A stretch of 63,539 nt of DNA, counting the filler, from Reclinomonas americana ATCC 50394 (lineage: Eukaryota): NCBI GenBank assembly GCA_048213135.1. It is 9 parts of 6 records of this genome, joined end to end, with 100 filler letters (N's around TTAATTAATTAA, not from the genome) between each part and the next. Parts side by side here need not be neighbours in the genome. Positions count along the whole stretch, not along the records: positions 1 to 24,246 come from PS015259.1; 8 more parts are not named here. One strand, 5' to 3'. The notes under the pieces were generated by a model that saw only the letters and a program-made list of their open reading frames with translations, did no database searches and was not told the origin of the DNA. Below, piece after piece: positions 1-14,100 of the stretch. The position numbers and the translations under genes are program-made. The stretch's first letter is position 1. Each line of letters opens with the position of its first letter.

Positions 1-514
1 CCATAATCGCCTCCACGCCACCAAACTGGCCCGACTCCCACGTCATGAGACTGTCGGCCGTCTGTGCAAATAGTGTGAGTGTTTGCGTCACTTTTGTGTG
101 ACATGGCGCGAAAACGCACACGCTCAACGACAACAGACAACTCGAAGTGAAGTGTGTCAGTGTGTCAGAGTGCATATGTGTGTGTGAGAGAGACAGACAG
201 AGAGAGTGCGTGTATGTACAGAGTCAAGCAACAACGTGACGCAACATAGAGGCCCGCCAGACCCTCCAAGTTCGTGTCAAACGTTCCATAGTAGAACTGC
301 AGTGGATGCGACACATGCACATATAGTCAGTCACTCACGCACGACTTGCGGTGTGCGTGGAAGAGAGAGAGAGAGCGAGAGAGACTGCGCGACATGACAT
401 GTCGCGCGCCATCATCCGCAAATAGCTCTTCACACACGCACGTTCACACACGCAAGCACACACGCGTGCTCTCACCTCGACAAACTGTTGCCCGATCGTT
501 TGGAAATCTGCCAT
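1..514 (-). CDS. NTF2: Nuclear transport factor 2, 3' end truncated by window edge
   Basis: Three GT-AG exons splice to MADFQTIGQQFVE|FYYGTFDTNLEGLAGLY|TADSLMTWESGQFGGVEAIM, the typical NTF2 N-terminus. Confidence 0.93.
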
Positions 515-1171
515 CTCGTAACCAGAAGAGTGTGTGATGTGTGTGATGGACAGATTGGCTCCTGTAGACATCCAATCTGTCCAGCGCTCAGTTTCTTGGT
601 TGTGTGCGAGAGAGTATTGACCAGCCGTTGTTGTTATTGTTGTGTGGGTGTTTACCTTTCATCGTTGCCGTTGTCAATCACCCCCCCTTTGCTTCATCGC
701 CACTGCCTGCCAGCAGATCACTTGCATTAGAAAGGTGCGTTTACAGTGTGAGCGTTTCTTCCCGCCGCGGCTCTCTCTCTTTCCTTGTCGGGTCTCCTCT
801 GCACTGCTCTCTTGTGGTGTATGTGCGTGTATTGCTGCTGCTTGCCAGTGTGCGCGCGCGTGTGTGTGTGTGTGTGAGAGAGAGAGGGCACGAGGCAGTG
901 AGCGCGCGGTGTCTGAACAAGACGCGGCCATCTCCACCCTCGCGTCCGTTCTTCAACTCCTCTCTTGCTCGGACTCTTTACTTGTCAGCACAGCAGCTCT
1001 TTTCCTTGTTCTCTCTCAAGACTGCTCTGCCACGCTGCCCTGCCTTGCTCAGTTTCACACCTTCTATATGCGTGACTTATGATTCACTGCTTTGTGAGAG
1101 GAGTTATGCCGCGAGGAAACTGACTCTCTCTCATTGTCGCATACAGTCATCTCTCTTTTCCTCACATCATC

Positions 1172-2440
1172 ATGAACGGACCCGGAACGACGATGGCGCA
1201 CTGGCGACCGGGCCACTTTGCCTACGCTGCCTCGACACCGGTGTGTGTGTGTGTGTGGCTGCGTGCGTTTTTGTGTGCGATTCGGTTGTTCGCATTGACT
1301 CACTTCCCTTTGCGGCAGATGGGCCGTGATGTGATCAACTCAAACCGACGCAAGCACCGCGAGCTGCTGCGTAACATGCGCAGCTGCATCGACACCTCAC
1401 CGCCTCGCACCATGGTCAACCTGCCGCCGGGACTGCAAAAGTGTTGCGTCCCCACCCACCCTTTCACAACGCCAATGCTCTCTCGCTCACTCTTTCTTCT
1501 CATGTCTCCCCGTGCAGCACCGACGAGACCCGAACTCAACTCCACCGCAGACCTCGGCGGCGATCGGTCGCGCAGCCCCTCTCGCAGCAGCAGCCGACCA
1601 AGGTCAGCCTCGGCCGGCCGGACACGGCCACTCTCTGCCATCTCGCGCGGTTCATTTGGTGGATCACGCGACACGGGAAGGACATTTGCCAGCACTCCCT
1701 ACGGTGCCGCGTTGGGAGAGTCGTCGTCGCCACAGTTGCGCCTCCTTGCACAACTGACACGAAAAAAAGAGAAACGACACTCATCGCTTGTGTGTCAGTT
1801 TCGATGCCTTTGACACCCCGACACCACCCTCCGGCCCCAAGCACGGCCGCATGTACTCGTCACCCTCGGCACTATCGCCCACCTTTGGTGGCGCCAAGCC
1901 GGCCACACCGGGAAGCCGACGAGCCAACATGGCCGGTCTGCGAGGGCGACCGGGAATGAGCACTGTGTCGGTGTCCATCGACACGGGCGACGGCGACGAG
2001 GAGCAGCTCAGCGTTGGTGCGTGTAGGCCTGCACAATCGTCTTGTACACTCAACTGACCCGCCCTCCCTCCACACAGGCCCTCTCACACCACAAGCGCTG
2101 TCCGAGGCCTACGGCAAGCCGCCTTCACACACTCCGCAAACCGGCCTGCAGGGCAAGAAACTGTTGCGTCTCCTTCTCCTCCGGATCCCATGAACATGCG
2201 ATGGCACTTCATGCTCACATATAAACCAGGTCCGCCAGTGCGAGTCGGCCAAGTTCAGCCGCCGGCAGCTCCGCCATGGCGTCGCCATTGTCGGCGGCCG
2301 CCATGCAATTCGACAAGGAGGAGGACCGAGATCTCTTCGAGAACTTTGTGCGCCTGCTGGCAAGACTGGACCTGCCGCGCGCCTCCGCCATGTGCAAGCT
2401 GGCATTGGTGCACTCGCAGCAGAACCAGGCCGCGGAATAG
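1172..2440 (+). CDS. Hypothetical Ser/Pro/Arg-rich protein, 6 exons, possibly ciliary
   Basis: In-phase exon chain (donors 1241, 1443, 1735, ~2017, 2163) ending at TAG 2438-2440. HRELLRNMRSCIDTSPP resembles the N-terminal motif of CFAP97D/SPATA7-type proteins (weak). Start is ATG 1172 or 1193. Confidence 0.6.
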
Positions 2441-3567
2441 CAATGAGTGAGTGAGTGAGTGGGGGTGCAGGAAATTCGAAATTGTTGTGTGCGAGAGAGG
2501 AGGGGGAGAGCGGAGCGGGGAGGGTTGGGAGGAGGCGAGTGCAAGCCATTATGACGACCGTCGAGCCGTATGCGGCGCGGCGTGTGTGGGCTTGCATGCT
2601 CCGGGGGTACATATCGACATGAAATTTGATGTATGAGTTGTTCTTTGTGTGTTTGAGAAATAGTGAAAGCTTCTTGTGAGAATGGTTACATGCGGTACAT
2701 GTGCGCCGATGCTTTGATGCACAGGGAGGGGGCACCACACCTTCACCACACGCATACTTTGTGCTTGAGTGGAAATTCGAACAAATTAATCACACCCACA
2801 CATACAAATTGTGCATGTACAAGTATGTGTGCACATAAGCAGCACCCTGAGAGTCACCATGGGCACATTGCTATGAGCGTATGCGTGGTGTTTGCAAAGC
2901 AGGTGCCGACGCCATATTGTTCCCGTATCCGCAATTGGTTACCAACGAAAGACGATGACCATGCGCTGACTCCGCGCCTCTCTCTCACTCACACTTAACA
3001 CCTGCGTGTAGTAGATGCCATCTGCAGACACACCATGACGGGGTACCCGAAAGAAGAATCGCCTCGGATCGGGAAAAAAAGGGAACTCCGACTCGCGCGC
3101 GCGCGTGGACAACTTAACACACTCTCTGTCGCCGACTCGCCGCGAGTGCACGCACACTCCTCCGCCAGTGGTGTGGTGCGTTACTTTCCCACACACACAC
3201 GCACTCCGCACACACACACAGATTCTCACTGCACTGCATCACTTGCACACACACACACACTCCGGTGACATGTCTCACTCGCACGCACTCACTGCACGCA
3301 CTTTGTGTTGCTCTCCTGTGCACACTCTGCGCATCAGTGTGCATCTCTGTCTCTCGTTCTCGCGCCCGCGCGTGTGTGTGTTTGCGTTTGCTTTTGTGTG
3401 GAAACTGAGCCATGTCGCACCCCAGTTCCACCTCCCACTCATTCACCAAAGGAGAGAAATGGAGTATGAGAGAGAGAGAGAGCGCACTCTCAGTCTCTCA
3501 CTCACACTTTTCCGACTTGTGCATTTTCCTGCTCCGATCGCATTTTCTTTGTGTTTGTGGATTGCAG

Positions 3568-6252
3568 ATGTCATCGGGAGTGCGCAAACGCGGCAGTGGT
3601 GCCTCCAATGGTGCCTCGCGACCCAATGGAGCAGCCGCTGATCATCATCACAATGGGGATTCGTCAGTGAGCAATGGAGACAGCAGTGCAGCTTCTGCAG
3701 CTGCAGAGCACAACAACAATGGAAGCATCACGGCTCCGGCATCACTGCTGGAGGACGCAGATGCAGCATGCTTGTCTCTGGCGACTCCGTCACAGGCGCG
3801 AGCGCGTGTCCAGTTGAAAGAGGTGCTGGTCTTCGCTCGTTTGCCTGTGACTCCCGGAGTCTGATGGTTTGCTAGGTGGTTGCCTCGTGGCGCAACTCGT
3901 TCATCACCAAGCTGGAGGATGTGCGATCGAGAGCGCATGCGGAGCTGGATAGGGAGGTGCAGCAGCTGTCGCATGACTTGGATTCGGTGATGATGGAGGC
4001 GATCCAGTCGGTGAGCAAGGCGCCGGCGCAGCCGCCGCGACCGCGTCGCAAGGTGTATGTGGCGTGCGAGAGCACGCTGACCAAGATGATGCGCGAGGAC
4101 TCGTACCAAGTTGCGTGGCGAGTGGGGAAAGAGTACATGTGTCTCTTCCTCTGTGATCGTTCGTACTCACTGCACAACTCCCGACATGCGCCAGACCATT
4201 TTCAATATTGCGCTGTCGGCACTGATTGCCATCTCGCTCAACCTCATCCTCACCGACTACCAGCGCACTGGCACACTCACCGACTTTTCGCTGCTGTTGT
4301 GGGGCTTTGCGGGCGCCGACAGATTCGTGTGGCGCTGGATGGCGCTGATGTTCATGTCGCTGCTTGTGCTGTTCTACGGTCATCTCGCCGTGACCGGCAG
4401 TCGACTGGCCTATCGCTTCTGGGTCGCAGTGTACGCTGCCCAGCAGGTGGGTGTCGTGGGGGTGGTGTTAGGAGAGAGAGAGATAAGAGGCAAAAGGGAG
4501 TTGGGATGGAGGAAGGTAGATTAGGTGTGTTAAGAGTAGTGGTGCTAGTTGTCTTCTTTCAGCCTTCTATCTGCAATTCGTTGCGGCACGAGCGCGATCG
4601 ATGACGCTCATGTTTATTCACTCTTTCCATTTGTCACTCGCGCAGTTTGTGATGTTTGGTCTGTCGGCGTACTGGACAACGTCGTTCAACCCACCATTGC
4701 GTGCGGCATTGCTGGCCGAGCAAGCGCGTATTTCCATGAAGGTACGTCGTGCCCAGGGCCGCTGAAGTACCGTCTCTCTTCTCTTTCCTGCACTCCACCC
4801 TCACGCTCGCTTCTCTTCTTCGCGCTTTGTCTTCTTTCTCCTCCTGGTTGCTTCCTCATTTCGTCCCCATTCCATCCTCTCCTTCCTCGTCCTCCTCTTC
4901 CCTCCCCCTTTCCTCCCTCATTCCTCGTCCTTTACTTCCCTCCTTCCTCGTCTTTCTCTTCCATCCCTTTCCTCTCACGCTCTCGTTCTCCTTATTTGTC
5001 TCCTCTGTCTTCCTCTCATGCAACACCACCGCGCTTTGCTTTCTTCTTCCTCCTGATCGTTCTGTCTTTTTGTCCCCTTCTCCCCCCCCCCCGCCTCTCT
5101 CTCCCCCATTTTTGTCTCTCTCACTTCTCTTCCTCCTCCCCTTCGCCTCCGCATTCGCTATCGCACACGCATCCCCTTCCTTGTGATTGTCTCTTCATTT
5201 GCTGTCCTTGTCTCCATGCTGCTACTTTCTGTCTCTCTCTCTCCCCTTCCACTACCTTCGTTGTCCCCTTCTTTATCTTTCTCTGTCTCTCCCCTTTTTT
5301 TCTCTGCCTCCCTTCCCCTTTCCCCCTTTCCTCACCCTTTCCTCACCCTTTCCTCCATTCCTGCGCAGATGCACGCCTACTTCCGCGAGAAACTCCTGTG
5401 GAAGACCATGGGCAACGCCACCGAACCCGTCTCCCCCATCACTCCCGAATACGTGGACTCGGAGTTCCGCTCCTTCCTCTTCTTCCTGTTCGCACCGACG
5501 CTGGTGTACCGCCGTCACTACCCGCGCACAACCTGCATCCACTGGGGTGCTGTGGTCACGCGTCTGCTGGAGGGCATTGGTGCGTGGGTCGTCTCCTTGC
5601 CCCTCATCTCTTTATTTCGGTGCTGACACGCGAACGACGGCAGGTGTGGTGTACTACACATACCTCGTGTTCCGCTGGGTGCTGCCGCAGTTCGACCGGC
5701 TCAGTGTTTTCAGCGATTATACGTCGTTCTTTGCGGCATGGGTCGGTGCGATGGGACCTGGCATGGCGCTCATGTTCCTCGGTCACTACTTGATCCTGCA
5801 CACGTGGCAGGTGCGTTATGGTTGTGGGTGAAGATTGTGTGTTCTCGTGTCTCACCGTTCATGCAGAACATGTTTGCGGAGTTGACTCGCTTCGCCGATC
5901 GCCGCTTCTACGAGGACTGGTGGAACGCGCGCACGTGGGAGGTTTGTTACTCTCTCTCTCTTTCTCGCTCGTGTCTCCCCCCTCTCTCTGTCTCCTTTCC
6001 CTATCTCTTCCTCCGTCTCTCTCTCTTTACCTCTCTTTCTCTCTGTCTTCCCTCTATTTCCCCTTTTCTCTCTTTCCCTCCGTCTCTCTGTCTCTCTCTT
6101 TACCACTTCCCTCCCTCCTCCTTTTCCCTCCCTCCCTCCCTCTCTCTTTCCCTCTCTCCCTCCCTCTCTCTTTACCACTTCCCTCTCCCCCTCCCTCTCC
6201 CTCTCCTTTTCCCATCGCTCGCACGATGCAGGTGTTCTACCGCAAGTGGAAT
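3568..6252 (+). CDS. SOAT1: Sterol O-acyltransferase (ACAT/SOAT, MBOAT family), 3' end lost in gap
   Basis: Motifs MKMHAYFRE, FLFAPTLVYRRHYPRT, NMFAELTRFADRRFYEDWWN and FYRKWN, plus several TM segments. DGAT1 is not fully excluded. Confidence 0.88.
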
Positions 6253-6869
6253 NNNNNNNNNNNNNNNNNNNNNNNNNNNNNNNNNNNNNNNNNNNNNNNN
6301 NNNNNNNNNNNNNNNNNNNNNNNNNNNNNNNNNNNNNNNNNNNNNNNNNNNNNNNNNNNNNNNNNNNNNNNNNNNNNNNNNNNNNNNNNNNNNNNNNNNN
6401 NNNNNNNNNNNNNNNNNNNNNNNNNNNNNNNNNNNNNNNNNNNNNNNNNNNNNNNNNNNNNNNNNNNNNNNNNNNNNNNNNNNNNNNNNNNNNNNNNNNN
6501 NNNNNNNNNNNNNNNNNNNNNNNNNNNNNNNNNNNNNNNNNNNNNNNNNNNNNNNNNNNNNNNNNNNNNNNNNNNNNNNNNNNNNNNNNNNNNNNNNNNN
6601 NNNNNNNNNNNNNNNNNNNNNNNNNNNNNNNNNNNNNNNNNNNNNNNNNNNAACTCCCGTCACCATACGCGAGAGAGGGGTACGTGCAATTAGCTCGACG
6701 TTCTCCGGCGCCAAGAGATGAGCCGAGGGTCAGGGGCAGATTCGGGACGAGAGAGGGGCAATGTAGTTAGCTCGACACGTTTGAAGGGTCAAGGGGGAAG
6801 GCAGAGAGGGCCTCCCTTGAGCTCCTTCTCGCCGTCCTGCATGTTCGTCCTCTCCTCACCACCCCGGCC

Positions 6870-9800
6870 ATGCGACAAGTGCGAATGCGCCCGCACGGTC
6901 TCCTCTCTGTGCCTCTCCCTGCCTCCCTCTCTCACATCCTCGCCTGGTGTCGCCACCACTGCTGTCGCCACTCCAACAACGACAGCGAGCACGCACTCAA
7001 TGAGCTCTCCAGTGTCGAAGAAGAAGATCTCCTCGAATCCCCTCAGCAAAAGCACCAACACCACCAACAGCGCCAACAACAGTGCCTGGTCATTGCAGCA
7101 GTCGCCACTGTTGCAGTGGTGTTGATTGTGTGGGCGTTGGTGTGGCGATGGCGAGCAACGCAGCGATACGAGTTGATTGAGGTGCGACGCGCGGGAAGCT
7201 CTGTGCGACCCGATCCCGACGTTATTCGCCCGCTCGCCCCCGATGCTGTGTTGGATTATCGCGAGGAGGCTGGTCAGTCTGTCTGTGTGTTGAAGTCTCT
7301 TTGGTGGAGGCAGTGACAGCTCATCTTATGTGCGTGCAAGATCTGATGTTGAATGAGAACGGTCTGACGGTGCTGGTGGGAGGCGATGTGCTGAAGCATC
7401 GTGCGTTGCTTCCGGAAGGCGCCTCAGTCGTGCGGTTACCGCAGTATGATTTGGTTTAGTCGTCGCTTGCCTGTATGCACTCGAGTTGTCCACCTTACGT
7501 GTCATGCGTCAGACGACGCCGGTGATTGTCGAGGAGCCGGTGAGGATACCGGGCAATCGCGATGTGTTGGGGCCGCCGGTGCTGCCGGTGCCTGGCGCGC
7601 CGGGCTTTGTCATGCACAAGTCTGGGCGATGGCAGTCGTGGTATGCCGTGATTCCGGGCGCGGTGCGTGCTGTGCCTGTGTTGTTATGCTGGTCGATGCT
7701 GAATGGTGCCCGTGCGCAGCTGGTCGACAATGGTGGAGTGGTGTACGACTCCAAGTTTGCGTATGTGGCCGAGCAGTGTCATCGCGATGGCAAGGCATCG
7801 TCGACGCAGTATCCGCAGGGGGCGGTGCGGCCGGCGATGGACGTGGTGGTGTTGCGCATGACGTGGGGCGACGGCTTCTTCCACTTTGTCATGGAGGAGA
7901 CCATGCGCCTGCTGCAGGTGTGGGACCTGGTGCAGAGCATGCCGAAGCTGAAGGTGGCCATCTCGGCCAGCATGTACGGCGAGAAGGATGTGGAGCTGAT
8001 GGAGTTGCTCGGCATCTCGCAGCATCGAGTTTCGTCTCACAGAACCACTCTTGCACATACACACACACACACTCGCGCCCTCACGCTCACGTGCTTTGTG
8101 GCAGCTCATTCGGCTCGACAAGAGCTTTGCCGGCCTGAATGCCGATCGCGTGTACTTCCCCGCCGGCACGTATTGCGGCCAGCCGCCCGTGACGTTGATT
8201 CGCAAATTCCGCCAGATCATCTGGAGCCTGCACGGTAGTGCGCTGAACTCGCACTGGAACTCTTTCTGGCCTGGTTCGTGGCGAGTGAGCGATGGTGTAG
8301 GTGTCTTTACAGTAGTTCACACTCTCTTGTTCGTTGGTGCAGAGGCCAGAGCACGCGCCGAGCGGACGAACGGTGGCGCCGTATCGCGTGAGATTCGTCA
8401 CGTGATCATCGTGCAACGCAAGGGCCGTTCCCGTGAGCTGCTCAGCGAGAATCAGGTGAGTGCGCTGGTCTGTGAGAGACTTGTTCGGCAGCTGACCGAC
8501 TGTGTTTTCGCAGATCGAGGCCTACATTCAGAACAACTTCCCGCACTGGGTTGTCGACAAGTTCGACGGGAAGTTGTCGTTTTACGACTCCATGTTGCTC
8601 TTCTCCACCGCCGATCTGGTCATTGCGCCTGAGGGTGCAGGTGCGTGACACGCTCACAGTCGAAAGCGACGGAGTATTTTGTTGACTGCGCGCGCACAGG
8701 CTCCGTTCACAATCTGTTTGTTCGCGAGGGGAGCTCGTACTTTGAGATCCACCCCGGCTACCAAACCNNNNNNNNNNNNNNNNNNNNNNNNNNNNNNNNN
8801 NNNNNNNNNNNNNNNNNNNNNNNNNNNNNNNNNNNNNNNNNNNNNNNNNNNNNNNNNNNNNNNNNNNNNNNNNNNNNNNNNNNNNNNNNNNNNNNNNNNN
8901 NNNNNNNNNNNNNNNNNNNNNNNNNNNNNNNNNNNNNNNNNNNNNNNNNNNNNNNNNNNNNNNNNNNNNNNNNNNNNNNNNNNNNNNNNNNNNNNNNNNN
9001 NNNNNNNNNNNNNNNNNNNNNNNNNNNNNNNNNNNNNNNNNNNNNNNNNNNNNNNNNNNNNNNNNNNNNNNNNNNNNNNNNNNNNNNNNNNNNNNNNNNN
9101 NNNNNNNNNNNNNNNNNNNNNNNNNNNNNNNNNNNNNNNNNNNNNNNNNNNNNNNNNNNNNNNNNNNNNNNNNNNNNNNNNNNNNNNNNNNNNNNNNNNN
9201 NNNNNNNNNNNNNNNNNNNNNNNNNNNNNNNNNNNNNNNNNNNNNNNNNNNNNNNNNNNNNNNNNNNNNNNNNNNNNNNNNNNNNNNNNNNNNNNNNNNN
9301 NNNNNNNNNNNNNNNNNNNNNNNNNNNNNNNNNNNNNNNNNNNNNNNNNNNNNNNNNNNNNNNNNNNNNNNNNNNNNNNNNNNNNNNNNNNNNNNNNNNN
9401 NNNNNCCCTTCTCCCTCCTCCTTCCCCCTTCCCCTTCTCCTTCCCCTCCTCATCCATCTCCTTTCCCTCCTCATCCATCTCCTTTGCCCTCCACAGACCC
9501 CCCTCGTTCGCACCACCGACGAGTGCACTGCACTGGAACGCGACTTTGTGCAGGCTCCGCGACTCGACCCTCGCTTCTTCTTCACGCACCACCACGCCAA
9601 CAGCACGTTCATTGATGTCAGTGCGCGACGACTGGCCGAGGAGTTTGTGGCCGCGGGCACTCGTGTTGTCATGTTTACGGTGGTGCGCGTGCACAGTGTC
9701 GGCTACGCCAAGTGGCTCTTCAACTGGGTGTACCACTTGCGACGGAACACGCGTTTTCAGCGACCACTGGTGGTGTGTACCGATGAGCGGACGCGCGTGA

Positions 9801-10301
9801 CGCTGGTGCAGGAGGCCAACTTTCCTGCCGATTTGCTGTACGTGGACGATAGTGGATGGGATACGCCGGCCAATCACGGTGCGTGCCGTGCCTCCTCTGT
9901 CCCTTTCCGGCAGCTTTCTTCGTCTCACCTCCATGGCTGCAGTCAACTTGAAGTGGTTGTATGGGCACGCATTCACCGTGCTCGGCTACGAGCCCATGTT
10001 CTCCGACGTGGATGTGGCATTCCAGCAGGAGCCACTGCCCTTCCTGCACAAGCATTTCGCATTTGCGGCCTTTGATACCGTGTCGGGGCACGAGGGTGGC
10101 AACACAGCAGATCGCACGCTGCTGCATCGAGTGACATGGGATCCACCGCTGCCCGACTGGCAGGCACTGACCGACAGCACCGACCCGCGCACCGAGTACT
10201 GGAGTCACGGTTACGAGAATCGAGTGCGTGCTCCGTTCCGCCACTTGCCGACCACCTGTGTGGTGTACCCGCGTTGTCCCATGTTTCCGGTCCGTGCCGA
10301 C

Positions 10302-10341
<40 letters not shown>

Positions 10342-10460
10342 NNNNNNNNNNNNNNNNNNNNCGTACGTAGAAGTACGAGTGCGTCGCTCCGTTCCGTCCC
10401 ACCTTCGTCCGACCACCTCGTGTGGTGTCCGCGTCGTCCACTGTTCCGTCCGTCGCCGAC

Positions 10461-10502
<42 letters not shown>

Positions 10503-10974
10503 CACCTCACTCACCGTCTCTCGCTGCAGTTCCTCTATTGCCTCTCCACCGGCATCTGGTTGGCACAGCCGAATGATCGCGTACGACGCCTTCTGGCGCA
10601 AGTGGTTGACATGCTCGACGTGTTTCGCGGCATCTGGGAGCAGGAGGCGTTCAATACGATTCTCGACCTGCATGTTCGAGAGGGACTCGGTGCGTACCAA
10701 TGTCTTCCGTTGTTACATCTTCTTCGTTGCACCAATTCCTCCTCCTCCAGTGATGACGGCCATGGATCCCGAACGCTTCAACAATCTGGTCGGCTACGAG
10801 GCACTGCTGGCCAATGGCTTCACGGCGGCGCGAGAGAAACGCGTGGCCAGCCACGTTGGGTACGTCAACTTGGATGCCGACAAGGTGCAGGGACTAAAGA
10901 ATGAGGGCCTGTGGGTCGGCGATGAGCTTCTGGAGCAGGGAATGCGCGAGGCCAGCAATCGGCCAGTGAGATAG
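6870..10974 (+). CDS. Type II membrane glycosyltransferase with GT61/DUF563-like domain then nucleotide-diphospho-sugar transferase (GT77-like) domain; spans a gap
   Basis: TM segment LVIAAVATVAVVLIVWALVW. GT61-like FFHFVME, DLVIAPEGAGSVHNLF and YFEIHP. GT77-like LFNWVYHL, VVCTDE, MFSDVDVAF (DxD) and WEQEAFN. Stop TAG 10972-10974; start uncertain. Confidence 0.72.
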
Positions 10975-11149
10975 CAAGCAATGAAATGCGCGCAGCGATT
11001 AATGTACATGGCTTTCTTTTTTAAACAGGATCAGAAGGAGAGTTGTAATGGCACACATACACACACAAAACAACATGGACAGGTAGGTGTAAAAGCACAA
11101 GAGAGAGAGAAAATAGGTCAAAATTGGGGTTACGAAAGTAAAGAAGAGA

Positions 11150-14100
11150 TTAAGTGCGCACACGCGGCTCAATCTTGAGCGACGCCGCAAATTGCTGATT
11201 ATCGTCCAGCACCGTCATCTGCGACGACGACAAGTGATGCAGCAGGTATTGCACCGGTCGAATGGGGTACGGCTGCTGCTGATACGTGCCAATCTCCATA
11301 ATGACCTTGGCAATGCGACGGCACTTGGCAAAGTTCACCATGGCCGTTCCGCGCCACGTATTTGGTGCACCGTCGTCGAGGAACACTAGATCCGTAAAGT
11401 ACAGACCAATGTAGGGGATGCAGGGCGGATCCACCTGCTGCAGATGCTGGCGCAGTCGGTACATGCCGTTGCGCGGCGACATGAGTTCGTCCAGCTCCTC
11501 ATGCAGCTGCACCACGCGCTTCGACATCAGCTCCTTGGTTCGCTTCAGACGATGTACAGCAGCTGAGGACAGGCCGCCCAGAATCTCGTGCACGCCGTTG
11601 AGGTTGTTCAGCGGAGTGCGGCAAAGCTGCGGGCGATATGGAAAGAGATAAGGGACATGGAGACAAAGGTGGAGAGGCACACAAGAACGATGACAACGCA
11701 CACAAACACAACATCATTTCATGTACACCCTTTTCTCACGCTCTTGCTCACATACACACAAGCTTCTCCACACTCTATCTTTCTCTCGCACACGGGCAAA
11801 CACACGGTTCTTCTTCTATGCAATCCTCTCGCTCCACGGAACACCAACTCACACGCATCCTCAAACACACACAAAAACTTCGCTCCATATCTCTTCTCCA
11901 CTTTCTCCACTTTCGCTATCGTTTCTCTCGCCCGCACACAAACACAGCACTTCACTTTGACATCCATTATCTCTCTTCCACACACAACAATTCCCTTCCC
12001 TTCAGCACACATTTCTTTTCCAATTTCAACCATGTCTTACCCTCTTCCCCATCACACCACGAACTCAGCTTTCCCTCTATCTCTACTTCAAACGCATAGT
12101 TATTCCCTCTCGCTATCATTACTCTCTCCACACACAGCTCTTCTCTGTCCATTCCCACCCTCCCCCTTTACCCCCTTCCCTTCCATTCCCCTCCCTCACC
12201 TGCGCAATCTCAATCCACTTGGACATGATCTTCTTACGACGAGCAACGTCGGGCTCGGTGACAATCGACGTCGCCACATAGCGCGACACCACGTTGAAGC
12301 GGTCAATCATGCGCATAATGTTGGGTGCCGAGTCGTACTTGTGCGACTTGGTCCAGCACTGATTCATCAACTCACGCGGCTGAATTCTTCTAAAGAGCGA
12401 ATACTCGACGAGCGTGAGCTGCCGTGCAATCTCCAATGACGGCCACTGGGACGAGACGAAACAATCAGCGCCCACCACCACAACAATACACAACAACAGA
12501 GCCATGGAACAGGAGGCGCAACTTGCAGCAGATTAAACGTCTGGTTCTGCGTGATGCGACTGCGCGGCAGCATTGGCTCCGGCGTCACCAGCTGAAGCGC
12601 CTGCTGCCAGTCCATGTCGCCACTCATGCCGCTGCCCACCAGCTGCTTGATAATCGACTTTTGCAGCTGCGCCGCGCCATTGCCGCGCAAGTGCGTGCTC
12701 ATGAACATGTCACAGAAGCGCGCGAGCCTCGCCACCAGCGTGCTGTCGAAATCGTAAAAGTGCTTGTCGACCCACGTGCGCAAGTTGTTAAACACACTGT
12801 GGCGGATGACAGGGTGATGAGTTCTTCGTCCTTCCTGCTCACGCAATGAGAATCACATCTCGCGCACGCACCGCAAACGGATTTGAGTCGTGATGCCGTC
12901 ATCGTTGCCGGACATTGCATCGGCGGCGATAAAGCGGAACAAGAGACCACGAAGCAGTTCGGCAGGCGGCGTGAACGAGCGGTACGTGAGGAAATAAACG
13001 GTGCGGTAGTTGGGATCTGCGATCCGGAAAAGAAGCCAGTCAGCAAAAATGCCTCCCTCACTCTGCTCTCTGCTTCATACTCTGCCGTCTCGACAACGTA
13101 CCCTGATTGCTCGGGCTGGTGATCATGTCAATCAGCTTCTCCACCGTGCCGGCACGGATGGAGGCGTTGGGCGAACGCGCCGCGCGCGCGACCGCAGCAG
13201 CAGGGGCGCCCGTGGGTGATCGTGGACCCGACTGCATTTTTCTCACAGGCGTGAGCATCGTAAACACGAGAGAGGGAACTCTATCTGTACGCACCTCTGC
13301 GGATGAGCTCAGCCCGTCGGCCGAGTCCGGAGTGGCATTCGGTGTCAGCGCAGATGAGTCGCTGCTCGACGCTGTGTCCACCGCTGCGCCAGCAGCCGGA
13401 GCAGCACCCTCATCGTCGCCCTCAAACAACAAGTTCTGGTCCGACTCGGGCTCGGCACTTCGAATCACTTCGCGTGCCGTCTCCACCTCCTCGTCGTACG
13501 ACTCGATGAGCACGGGTCCAGAAGCGGTACTGCAACACTTGTCGTGTGAGAAACACAACACCATCGCGACTGTGCAGATGATTCAAAACAACCGCAACTC
13601 CACCGCCGACTTGGTCACGCACTCCCAGATAAAGTCCTGCAGACAGCGCACATTGAAGCCGTCCAGTGCCGACACACTGCGCTCTGCTTGTGGCAGAATG
13701 ACGGTGCACAGCTCGGCGAACTTGGCCATCCACAAGTCGCTCGCTACCAGCGGCAAGCCCTCACCCGTCTGCAGGACACTGGAGTGTGAGTTCATGGACG
13801 GGTGAACGAATGGAGAGAAGCAAGGGGGGAACAGACCCGAATGAGAGCATGCAACACCACAGACAACTCTTGCGGCGACTCTTGCAGCGTCGGCAGCTTG
13901 CACTGGGAGAACACGGCACTGAACAGCAGCTTCCAGCTCCGTTGACCGCACTCGCGGGCCGCAGTGGCTGTTGCATTCGCACGATCATTGAGAACTCGCG
14001 CATGGGAGTCAAGGGGACGATGATGACGAAAGAGACGAAACGAGATGGACCAGCCGGAACAATGTACGGCGCGAAATGCAACAAGAAACACGGCACCGTC

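Noticed and set aside
10342-10499. Apparent diverged duplicate of the exon end at ~10210-10320
   Set aside because: A garbled copy with indels next to a 20-N gap and a (CT)n tract; it looks like a low-quality read tail, not a real duplication.
12805-12835. Frame conflict in the RasGEF REM exon
   Set aside because: Resolved by a downstream AAG acceptor or a one-base homopolymer error; not evidence of pseudogenisation or frameshifting.
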